Positions 37,846 to 48,832 of a DNA stretch of 64,000 bases are shown here, one piece after another. The notes under the pieces are model-generated. The model was given only the letters and a program-made list of their open reading frames with translations. It made no database searches and had not been told where the DNA came from. Position 1 is the stretch's first letter; each line of letters begins with the position of its first letter. The DNA lies in the NCBI GenBank assembly GCA_023213395.1, contig CM041465.1, forward strand, positions 145,645,741-145,709,740, in the 5' to 3' direction. The DNA comes from Cycas panzhihuaensis (lineage: Eukaryota > Plantae > Cycadophyta). Made by a program: the position numbers and the translations under genes.

Positions 37846-40254
37846 CTTTTTTATTCCTCAACAGTTGCACCACATTTCCTTCCTATTCCACGAGTAGATA
37901 ATTGTGCTTGGCACGTACTCGTTCCCTACCTTAGAGACCCTATTCTAGGGGTCTATAATAATCGTAGTGGATCTGTCGTTCTTAGCTAAGCACATTAGCA
38001 ATTTGAAACCAACATGTGAAGTGAGGGGGACCGAAAGGACCTAATAACCAGGCCTTAGACAGAACTCACTCACAGATTTGAGCCTCCACATACCGAAAGG
38101 TATGTTAGCGCCACGAAACAACCTGTCCCGAATCTCACCTAGAGATTTATTAACAGGCCTACAAGTCTAGGTAATCCCATGTCTAACACTGTTAGAATCA
38201 ACCCTTAAACATGGCTTCTACCCTCTGGCTTATATACTCTGAGAAATTGACTAGTGACAACTATGAATCTTAGAGAATCAAAATGAGATCCATCCTCATT
38301 GTTATAGGAGCATGGGACCAAACAAAAGTTGTCAAACAAGAACTTGCAGGCCCTGCAGAAAAAAGAATCTTTCTAGAACAAAGAGGTCTTGCCCTTACTG
38401 CCATCACTCTATCAGTTACAGATATTGTTCTACCACATATCTCCAGTGCTACTTCCCCTCATGATGCTTGGACCACCCTTCAAACCTTTTATGCTCAAAC
38501 CAATGTTGCTCGCATCATGTCCCTTAAGAATTAGATGGACTTGCTCAAGATGACTGAAACTGAGAATGTTCCCTCCTTGGCTCACTTCAAACACATCTAA
38601 GAAAACCTCATTTCTCTTGGAATCACCTGCACTAATGGCGAACTCATTGACCCAATGATCAATGAGCTGCCTCTAGGATTCAAACCATTTATTACCTCAT
38701 ACCTTATGACTGTTGACATAGCACAGCCAACATTTGATGCATTCTATGGTTGCCTTCTTCATTATGAACAAACAAAAGTTAACATGGAAGGAGACCTTGA
38801 GAATGCCTTTTCTACCCAGGTCAATCTTCGCAAAAGGAAGACGGCACCCCACCAGCTTCAGTCCAATCAAGGGATGGTCCTCTTCCAAAGTACCTTTGCA
38901 ACAATATTTTGGGGGTAGAGTCCAGTAACAAATCATATGCTTCTACTGTGGGAAATTCGGTTACTTTGCCATCAATTATCACCATAGAAAAGTTGACATA
39001 GAGAGAGCGATCGTTGCTTCTGGCAACTACTCAGGACAATCAGGAACAGAGAAGATATTTGAACCAAGAGTGGAGGAAGAGAAAACAGCATTCATCATTA
39101 CCCTCTCATCTACACTAAGTAGTCAATGTAAGGATGATTGGTTTATTGACTTTGGAGCATCACAACAAATGATTCACAGAAGATCCTAGTTTACCAAGTT
39201 AAAACCTCTCTTAGCACCCAAGTCAGTGGAACTAGGAGATGATACCAGGCACAGTATTCAAGGGATAGGTTTAGTACCAATTATCCTACCCAACAAAGAA
39301 CTTGAGAAAGTTGGGTATGTTTTGTATGCACCTAGGATGACTAAGAATCTTCTCTTAGTTTCCCAGTTGATTGATAATAAACTTCAAGTTCTTTTCAATG
39401 GGGACAAATGTGTAATTTTTGATAAATACAAACACAACAAAGTGATTGGTGAAAGCCTCAAAACAAAAGGATTGTACAAATTTTTGGTCTCACCAACTCA
39501 CTCTACTCTGAATGTATCTCTTCCTTTTGATAATGAAAAACTCAAACATCTATGGTAAGAGCACCTGTCTTATGATGTTTTATCCAATCTAAGCAAACAT
39601 GACATTAGTAAAAGGATTGCCCTAGATTAAAAAACCTAGCATTGTTTGTGATGTATGCATGATGGGAAAATAATACAAGTTACAATTTCATCCAAGCACA
39701 ATAAGAGCTAGACACAAACTTCAAATAATATATAGTGATCTATGTGGACCTTTTACTCCACCCTCTGTTCAATAAGCTCAGTACTTCCTTACATTTGTAG
39801 ACAACTACTCCAAAAAAATTGTGAATTTACTTTCTCAAGTTGAAATCTTATGTACAGGCGTATTTCAAAAATTTAAAGCCAAAGTTGAAAATGAAAGTGA
39901 TCACCACATTAAGCGTCTAAGAACTGACAATGGAGGAGATTTCACTTCTAGTGAATTCAATAAATTTTGCAAGAGGAGCCTTGATCATACAAGGTGCCAA
40001 ATATCACCTTGCATGATCAACCTTTCATATTCCCTCATGCCTCTCTCTATAAATGCATGTAAATGCACGTATACAAGGCATAACTCAATGTAATGTTATC
40101 TTATGAGATTATGAATGAAAACTTTGATATTGATTTTGGAGGATTAATAAATTTAACCTCCTCACTTTTATTGTTTCCTTTACATGCATGCTTTGTGTGA
40201 CTTGAACCTGGGTGGAAGTTGGCTTGAACTGCCACTTCGTTTCACTATCTTACA
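36992..40254 (+). mobile_element. Deleted Ty1/Copia element K (LTR start, long leader, gag-PR-IN N-terminus, LTR-like tail)
   Basis: Begins TGTTAAAATATAATG like the element B LTR. Gag ATG 38211; WFIDFGA protease near 39140; IN to RLRTDNGGDFTSSEFNKFC (about 39970); then an abrupt switch to TATA-containing LTR-like sequence ending TCTTACA near 40254. Confidence 0.8.
37804..37844. repeat. (TA)n microsatellite
   Basis: About 20 TA units with one G interruption. Confidence 0.95.
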
Positions 40255-40706
40255 TTTGCAGTTCAACTCTCTTCATATGTCTTGAAATATATAGCTACTT
40301 GTCTATGTTCCCATGGATGCAAATAGATTCCTTCAATGTCTTCTGCAGGGGAGCATAGAAACAACGGTCTTTTTTCTTCCAATTATTAGCCAACAATCTG
40401 AAATCATTTGATATTTTCCTTCCTCATTGAATCATAGCCCATTGTGTCCACGATACTCAATATGACAAACTAAAATATCTCTACAATCCTTTTTAATTGA
40501 CACAAAAAAGAAAGAAAAAACTGTACAATAGTTTGACCAAATATCTGCCTGAATTTGCATGATTGGTAGATAATACAAATTTGAGGATAATCACAAAATC
40601 CAACTCAATATGAAGACAACTGGAATAACCAGAGCCACTAACAAGCAAAGTACTTTTCTAGAAGACTCCGCTCAAGCACAGAGAATTTCACCCCTAGAGA
40701 ATGCAC

Positions 40707-42035
40707 CTATTTGGGGATTTGGGCTTCTTTAGCACTTCAACTGGCTCCAAACCATGAAATCATCATTAGATTCATTTTATTTGGTTTCTGCCAATACTTA
40801 GCATGCCTGTGAGAACATTGAGACCATTATAATAAATGGGCTTGAAGGAAAACTGTGACTGAAAGAGTATACCCATGACTACTTACGTTCTGGTAAATTC
40901 AGTAGCAACACACCAAGTGACTCATCTGCTGCAGTGTAATAAAAAAATTGGTTTGGCGCAATCAGTTGTGAAAATCCATGCTTAAGCTCGCAGGAGGATT
41001 CTATGATGACTCATCGACTCCAATGTTACTGAAATTTAGTTTCACACAGGATTCAATAATAACTCGTCTGATGCAATATTACTGGAATTTAGTTTAAACT
41101 AAACCAGCAAGTGGAAATTCACCCGTATACTGAAATGTAGAGGACTCAATGCTGAATCATCTGCAGCAGTAATAGTAAAAATGCAGCTTATCATGATCAA
41201 CTTTAGGAATCCAACCTTATGCTGGTACAAGGAACGTTGTATGGATCATCTTCGGCTGCCACTCGTAGATCGCGTTCGTTATTTTGGAAATAAGTGCATA
41301 ATAACGTCCAAAAGAAATTGACAATGACAATACCTTCGAAACGTTTCTAAATGCGACAGGGGTTCAAAATCACGGTTTCCGCAATTAAGCCCCATAAAAA
41401 ATAATTGCTCGGCAAATCAATGATCGATTAAATCCCGAAGCCATACTTCCATAATTAATGACAATGTATTTTAAAGGGAGTTCCGCAGGGGGGACGGCGG
41501 GGCCCGGCGTGTGCTGGGAAAAAAACAAATTAGCAAGGATTTTCGTAGCGAGCTATGTTGAAGTGAATTCCATGGTATTAAATTCCAGTAACAGTGCGCC
41601 AAATATTTACTTTTAACATCATCAGTTCTGGGAATAGATCCTTCCAATTTTCAATACAATGTCAAAAATAAAAGGCACCTGCCATTCTATATCTTCAAAA
41701 AGAAAATAAATCCACCAGACTCGATGCCGCATCTCTCTCGGAGCTAAGGAATAAGATGACCATTCAACAGCACATATCTTAAATATTGTTTTGGAATCGC
41801 CAGAATTACCTCATCGAAGGTATAATCTGCGGTGCAGTGAAATACAGCAGGTGCTTGCCCTTTCTCTTAACCTCGGCTTTTGATCTGCGTGCTGGATCTC
41901 TCCCGAGGAGCTTATCCTTCACTGATCCCCCCCACCTTCGATCAGAGAGGCACTTTTTCTTCTGCAGGGATCAAATGACATTCAGGGAGTGAATAAAATA
42001 AATAAACAATAAGTCGGAAAAATAGCTGGGTCAAG
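40707..42035 (-). ncRNA. Putative 5' exons of a spliced host transcript (lncRNA, long 5' UTR or pseudogene)
   Basis: CpG-retaining non-TE island. Candidate exons about 42035-41810 (GAG|GTAATT), 41160-41123, 40928/40925-40887 (TGCAG|...|GTAAGT), 40806-40707 (CACAG|) with an 80-nt intron 40886-40807. The last exon is closed in all three frames. Confidence 0.4.
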
Positions 42036-42148
42036 GGCATAGGAAAATCCGGATTTGGGGTTTTATAGAAAGCCTGTCTTTAGAGTGCGAAGCAAGTATA
42101 ATGTCGGCAACTATTTCAAGGTGCGCTGTTAAAAACCCCTTGACCGAC
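42013..42148 (-). promoter_or_regulatory. Putative Pol II core promoter: TATA box with three CCGAC (DRE/CRT-like) cores
   Basis: CTATAAAA on minus at 42061-42068; GCCGAC on minus 42103-42108; ACCGAC on plus 42143-42148; CCGAC on minus 42013-42017. Confidence 0.45.
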
Positions 42149-42549
42149 TAATTTTTTCAGTCCAACCGTAGACCATTGCATTAAATTTACGAAAGCTTCT
42201 TAAAATGTAGATGTATTACAATGTGTATATAGTCAAGCAAGCGTAGCCTCATGTGTGAAGTATCACGTTGTGTGAAAGTTACTCCTTAGGATAACACCAT
42301 GTTTACCACATATTGTGTGAATATCCATGCTAATGTAATAAAAAATTAGGACAAAGTTATTGCTTTATCTACAAAATGATAAGTGTTATATCATAATTAG
42401 TAGATATGGGTCTATTATAGTGAGATCACACTATTTTTACACACAACAATGTAACTATTTGAATGTAATGAGTAATTAGATCAAGTTATAAGAGGCATAA
42501 GTCTTTATCATGTAAAGGAATTTTATTTTATATGGTTTCATTTTTAAAC

Positions 42550-43200
42550 ATTAATAATAATCAAGATCGTCAATCATGCCCTTGGACACCCTATATCATT
42601 ACCTTTTCAAGTGTTCAATTCTTAGATCAAAGCAAACATAAATTACAAAATTAATGTTGTGATTATAGTAGAAATTATGATTATATTGAACTAGAATAAC
42701 CTTGATGGGTTTCTTGTTATTTGTCTATAATAACTTTGCCTTATTTGAAGGTCCTAAAGGAAGAAGAGAAGAAGATCCACAAAATTGATTTTCAATTTGG
42801 CTTCTTCCCTTTATTTATATATGATATACCATTGTAAGTTGTAGGCCTGCTTTCTTAACTATAGTATAACATAATATTATCATGTATTCTTATAGGCCTA
42901 CCTTCTTAATTATCACACTATATAATATTATGTTATTTATCTCTTCAAACCTAGCAAATTATATTACAATTCATAGCAAGTCATCACCCCTTGAAATGGT
43001 TTACCCTTAAAGCATTGGAACTAAGGAGTATTCTTGTCTAATTCATTCTCCTTCCTAGGTGGCATCTGCTTTATGCAAGTTCCCCAATTTAACTAAGTAC
43101 TCATGGATTTGTTTATTTTGATGACTTTTATGCAATAGTTTATAATATCCTATAACTATAGTACATTTTGTCCTTCATCATCTAGCTTTAATAAATTAGT
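42550..43200 (-). mobile_element. Old chromovirus-type Gypsy 3' end (chromodomain, PPT, LTR remnant)
   Basis: Minus translation IHEYLVKLGNLHKADAT*EGE near 43020-43110; PPT AAGGGG at about 42987-42992. Left boundary approximate. Confidence 0.7.
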
Positions 43201-43499
43201 CTATGTTTGAATCTTATCATTTAGTTTCTTTTTCTAACAGGATACATGAAAGATGTCATAGATTTTGCTCTTATTGGGCAGATCAATTCCCTAGAATTTG
43301 GGTGTTAGTTTCTCTTTCTTATATACCTTTAATGAGACATAGGGTTGGGTCCTTAAGAATACTTAATCACCATCTTCTTATTTCTATTCAAAATAATGTT
43401 AGTCATGTTTTTATTTCATTTAATAATGTGTTGTGTGGAAACTCTCTTTTAATATCCACAGGACATCTTTGACTTAATATAGGTTATCTTTAACTATAA

Positions 43500-46400
43500 G
43501 GATCCTAGTATTTATGTTGAAGTATTTTTTTAAGAAATGTGGCTCATGATTATATAAGGTCATGAAGGGAGTTATTTTTTGTTGGCATATGATAATATAT
43601 ATTATACCAACATTTGGCAAGGTGCAACAATTTTTACTACTAATTTTCTTTATTCACTGTAAATTTTTTCACATATTATTGCAATGAACTTCATTCCAAC
43701 AATTGCCAAATCTCTTAATAAAGTTGAATCTCCATAAGAAAGTTTACACAAGTACAATATCTCCTTATATTATCGGGCCACTTTAAGGAGGCAACCTCCT
43801 AATACACAATATGTCAATGCTCAAAAGTGTCCCTTACAAAAGTGGAGTGTACATATATATAAGGCTATTAAGGCTACTCATCCCTCTTGACTAATGCATG
43901 TGGGATAAATACAATAAGAGACTAATGAAGAGGAAGAATGAGAAGAAGAAGAAGAAGAAAAAGATATATCAAAGAGAAAAAAGCAAGAAGGTAGATATGT
44001 TGAAAGAGAGTCAGGTACATAAAAAGTTCCCCTACTTTAAAAGGCTTCGCCCTCAAAGCTTAAATAATTCTAGATATTCTTACCTTGATTAGGTACTTCT
44101 ATTTGATGAGGTAGTCATATTTGAGTGGCAGCTACTTCTATTTGATGAGGTACTCCTTGATCTATCAACAATATAAGTGTCATGTCCTTACCTTAAGGAT
44201 TTGTTTTGGTATCAACTGGAGTTTCCCTTCATCATCTAAGAGTAAGAGTTCAGTATGTGCATGTGCTTGTTGGCTAATGACCCTTTTCAAACAAGATTCA
44301 TGAAAGACATTATGGATTTTAGATATTGCTCATAACTCCAAGGCATAGGCCACCTCATCGACACGCTTGAGGACTTAATATGGCCTATATAATCTTAGCT
44401 CATGCTTGTGTTTGGTATCTCCTTTAAGTGATGTTTGCTTGTAAGATTGTAGGCAAAGGTAGACCCAATCACCTTGTTAGAACTCCCACTCACTTCATTT
44501 TTTATCTACTTGTTACTTCATCCTATTTTGAGCCAAGTTGAGGTTATCTTCTACTATCTAAAGTATTTCATCTTATTATTATAGATGCTCTTCAACTATT
44601 CAACTATATATGAAGATGCCATAAAAAAAGACTAGCATAAACCTCCTCAAGTGCAGACAAAAGGTTTTATTCATAAGTCTTTAGAATGTGGTTGATGCAT
44701 TAGTGAGGGCATGACTAAGAACTCATAGTGACCTTCATGGGTTTGAAAGGTTGTTTTATGCACATCTTTTATCTTGACCTTGATTTGGTGATAGTCTGAT
44801 TAAAGATCCAAAGATATGAATATAATTGCACCATGTAATTCATCAATCACCAGTATAAGGAATTTATCCTTAATTATGATTTTGTTCAACTCACTATAAC
44901 TAATGCACATTCGAAATGAGCCATCCTTTTTTTCTGACCAATATGATTAGGGCAAAGAAGGTACTTTTGCTCTCTTAAATGATCCATACATCTAGCAATT
45001 CATGTACCAACTTTCCAACTTCATTCTTTTGTTGGTACGAATACTTATATGGATGTATACAAGGTGGGTTACTCCTAATAACAATCTCGATGACATGGTC
45101 CTACTCTTATTATAGTGGAAGTCTCTTAGAGTCTTCTACAAAGACCTAAGGATGGTTAACTAGAACTTCTTACAATTTTAGTAATAGATGACTATTATAA
45201 GTTGGATCTTCTTTAATTGGGAACTCTTGACTTATGATTACATAACACCTTACGATTAGCCTTGCCCCGTCTTTTCATATCAACTTCTCCATCCTATGTG
45301 AGCTAATGACTTGTGATGCAAGTGTAGTGATTCCATTAAGTTGATACTCTTCATTTTCTGAGTTAAATCAAATAAATAACTCTTACAGGTTAAGTTGAAT
45401 GGTACCAAGTGTTTTAAACCATTTAACTCTTAAAACCACATCAACTCCTCCAACAAGGATTACAAATATTGAAGTGGATAAATAATACTTCCCCATGGTG
45501 AGCATGATATTATGGTATTTCTTACCATAAGATAGTGTTCCCCCCTTAGTGACCATGACCTGGAAGTTCTTTACTAGATATAACAAATGATTGAGCTCTT
45601 CAGCCAATTTCTTATTAATGAAATTGTGGGTACTTCCTGAGTTAATTAAGACAACTAGTCATTGTTTCTTAATACACCTAATGATTTTTAGGGTTTGAGG
45701 AGCTGCAATTCCAACTAAGACATGGATTAAGATGGTTATTATATCTTCATCATCATCTGTTAATGATTTTGGAGATTTTGGAACATTTTCATATAGTTGT
45801 TCTAAAATATTTTCTTACTTGTATGCCTTAGCCTATATGTTCTCCATGATAAATAATCACTTTTAAAAATATTGATGGTCCTTGTGCTATTCTTTGTTAC
45901 ATATGAAGCATAACCCTTTTGACCTCTTTTCATTAACTTCTTGGATGGTCATTTATCGAATAGTTTGTGAGTGTGACACAACTAAGGCATGCGATGTATT
46001 GGATGGTATTCTCCTATCTACATATGGTCATATGGATTGTCGGGATGCCTTATTTTTTGCTTCAATATGCCAAGCTAGTCTTATGGCTTATGTGATCTAT
46101 GTAAGATTCAAGAGATAGAGTTTATATTTTATCTCATCTCAAAGACCACCAATTTATAGTTTAAGCATTTGTTCCTCACTTAAGTTCCTAAATGTTGTCA
46201 TATTATGTCTCGAGGTCCTTAATAAAATAATCCCAATTGTAATTGACTCTATTGACCTTCTTCTTCATATATTAGTACCATTAGTATGGCTTTGATTCCA
46301 TGTGTAGAGAGGTTATTGACATCTTTTTATCTTTTGGGACTTGCTAAAGGGCAAAGTATTCTTTTATTAGTGACACCCAAGTTTAAACATTAGTACCATC

Positions 46401-47825
46401 GAAATTTTTAAGCTCTCCCTCATCTGTTGCCATAGTGGTTATCATCCATGCCATAATTATTATATCTTTATTGATTTATATCGTCAAAATCGAGTTTCTC
46501 CTTTCCTTTATAGTGGTGATCGTCCTCTTTAACTTGGTTATCTTTATTGGTGAAATTTTTCTCTAATAGGACAACCATATCTGATACTTAAAGGGCCAAA
46601 TTATTCATCGTATGTTGTACATCTTGAATCTTGTTTTTTATTTCTTCTCTTAATGAGATAACTACATCATTAAGTTTGACACTCTAATCGAGGTTGATTT
46701 TGGGGGCCATTTTACTTCCAGACCTTAACTCTATATTATCTTTTGAATATGGATTACTAAGGAGGTTAGGCCCTTAGTGGGTGTCTTTAGGCTATTGTCC
46801 CATTGGTTTTACATTTTTTTTTTCAAAAAAGGTAGATTTATAACTTCAAGTTTAGACAAGGAGAAGGAAGCAAGAGAACTTGAAACTAACAATTTAAATG
46901 GGATTGGTTTTCCTAACAGTTGTGAGAATCATGAGTTCTTAATCTTATAAGCCTATCAATAAACCCCTTTGTAGGAGTTCAAGATAGGTAGCTTCATGGC
47001 ACGAAGTATTAACCATTATATTATAGAACTTTAATGATCGAAGGTTTACCTATTCTAGAAAATGGATCAGACTACTTATAAGGGTCCTTAATATACCTAA
47101 GGGTACATGGAGGCTCAATTCTATATACGAGTTCTATCTAAGGCCTAGGTATTGGGGTTGTATCAATTCCCCCTCACTTTGCATGTTGGTTTATGGCTAA
47201 ACATGCTTAGCCAAGAATGATAGATCATTCGTGATATTTATAGATCCCCATCATAGGGTCTCTACCTAACATAAGCTACCCACTTGCAATAGTAAATAGA
47301 ACCAATGGTAATGAAAGGTAGCTACCCAGTAAAGTTATCTACCCTTGAAGAAAATGTCACAAAGAAAAATAAAGGAAAATGCAAATCTTGAAAAGGTGAA
47401 AGGTTTGGATATTCACCAAAAGGAGAAAAAAAAAATCCCAAATTTCTTCACTATTTCTAAATCTCTCCCACTTGCTTCAGGTTCAACTGATCTAATACCA
47501 TTTGTAATGAACTTTGTTCCAACAAGTGTCAAATCTCCCAAGAAGGTTAAATCTCCACAAAAAAAATTACATAAGTATAAGATCTCCTTATATTATTGGG
47601 CCACTTTAAGGGGTAACCTCCCAATACACAATATCTCAAGCTCAAAAGTGTCCCTTATAAGAGTGGAGTGTACATATATGTATAATGCTACTAAAGCCAC
47701 TTATCTCTCTTGATTGATGCATGAGGGATGAATATAATAAGAGACTAGTAAAGAGGAAGAAGAAGATACATCGAAGATAAAAGAGGAAGAAGGCAAATAT
47801 ATTGAAATGGGTTAAGTGTATAACA
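43500..47825 (-). mobile_element. Degenerate, internally deleted chromovirus-type Gypsy with diverged LTR pair
   Basis: 43675-44019 is a diverged direct repeat of 47500-47825. PPT AAAGTAGGGG near 44030; chromodomain EYLIK near 44150; RT N-terminus 44650-45150; protease DVVLRVKWFKTLG (45383-45607); gag to about 46709. Confidence 0.8.
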
Positions 47826-48830
47826 TAATATGACCATCAACCTATGGGTATGTTTATTATAAGCTCTATCCATATTAGTCTAAATAACTCCTACTAAAAG
47901 TAGCTTCTAAAATTTGGATTTATATATCACTTATAATTACCTTTGACAAGCCATATAGGTGTTGTATCTCTTTCACAAAAAACTCTACTATTTGAGGAGC
48001 CTTGAAGGTGGATTCTATGCCATGAAAGTGAGCATATTGAGTTAACTAAACTACCACCACAAATATAGAATCCTTACCTTCAAACTTTCATAATCATATG
48101 ATGAAATCCATGGACATTTCTTTCTACTTTTATTTTAGAGCATGCAATGAATAAAAGAGCCTCATAAGTTTAAAATTATTAGCTTTTAGCCATTGATAAG
48201 CATCATATTTAACTACAAAAAATTGTATCTCTTTCTTTAATCTCTTCCAAAAAAACATCTATGAATGTTATTATAAGTTTTTAAGAGCCATGATCCCTTA
48301 CAATAAGCAGAAAGTACCCTTCTCATAGTACATTTTCTTTGAACTTGGAATGTGGGGGCAAGTAAATTCTATCCTTCTACCATAAGGTACTTTTTGCCTA
48401 TTGGAATTTATTTCTTACCATGATCATATTTTATTAGAGGCTTTAGATAATACTTTTAATCTCCTTGTTATTCTTCCATTATTCTATAACTTATGTTATC
48501 CATGAAGGTATTGCTACTAACATGGCACAACTTGATACATATTCATCTTCAATGGATAAAACACAAACTAATATAATTCCCTTTCCCCTTTTCTAAATTA
48601 TTTCAAAGTGCATGCTTTATAACTTACTAACCTATTTATCTTATTCTTGTGTTACCAAGGGTTGGTTCAATAAATAATTTAAGATATCATAATATGTTTT
48701 ACCTAAGAACTCATTATTAATCAAGTATTGGCATCACTTGTCTATGGTATGCAATATTTTAAATATTTCCTTTTCATAAGTTGATTTGAATTATTCTATA
48801 GTTTTTAGATTATAGCTTTTGAATGTTATA
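47826..48830 (-). mobile_element. Highly degenerate Gypsy integrase fragment
   Basis: Minus translation shows MSMDFI (about 48105-48120) and LTQYAHFHGIESTFKAPQIVE, typical of the chromovirus IN core. Confidence 0.7.
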
Positions 48831-48832
48831 TG

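Noticed and set aside
40984-41000. AAGCTCGCAGGAGGAT resembling miR390
   Set aside because: Only a partial gapped match, and no fold-back partner arm is visible.
41810-41981. First exon as a protein-coding start
   Set aside because: The ATG at 41981 closes after 20 codons, and the open frame (KKKCLSDRRWGG...) has no upstream in-frame ATG or recognisable family.
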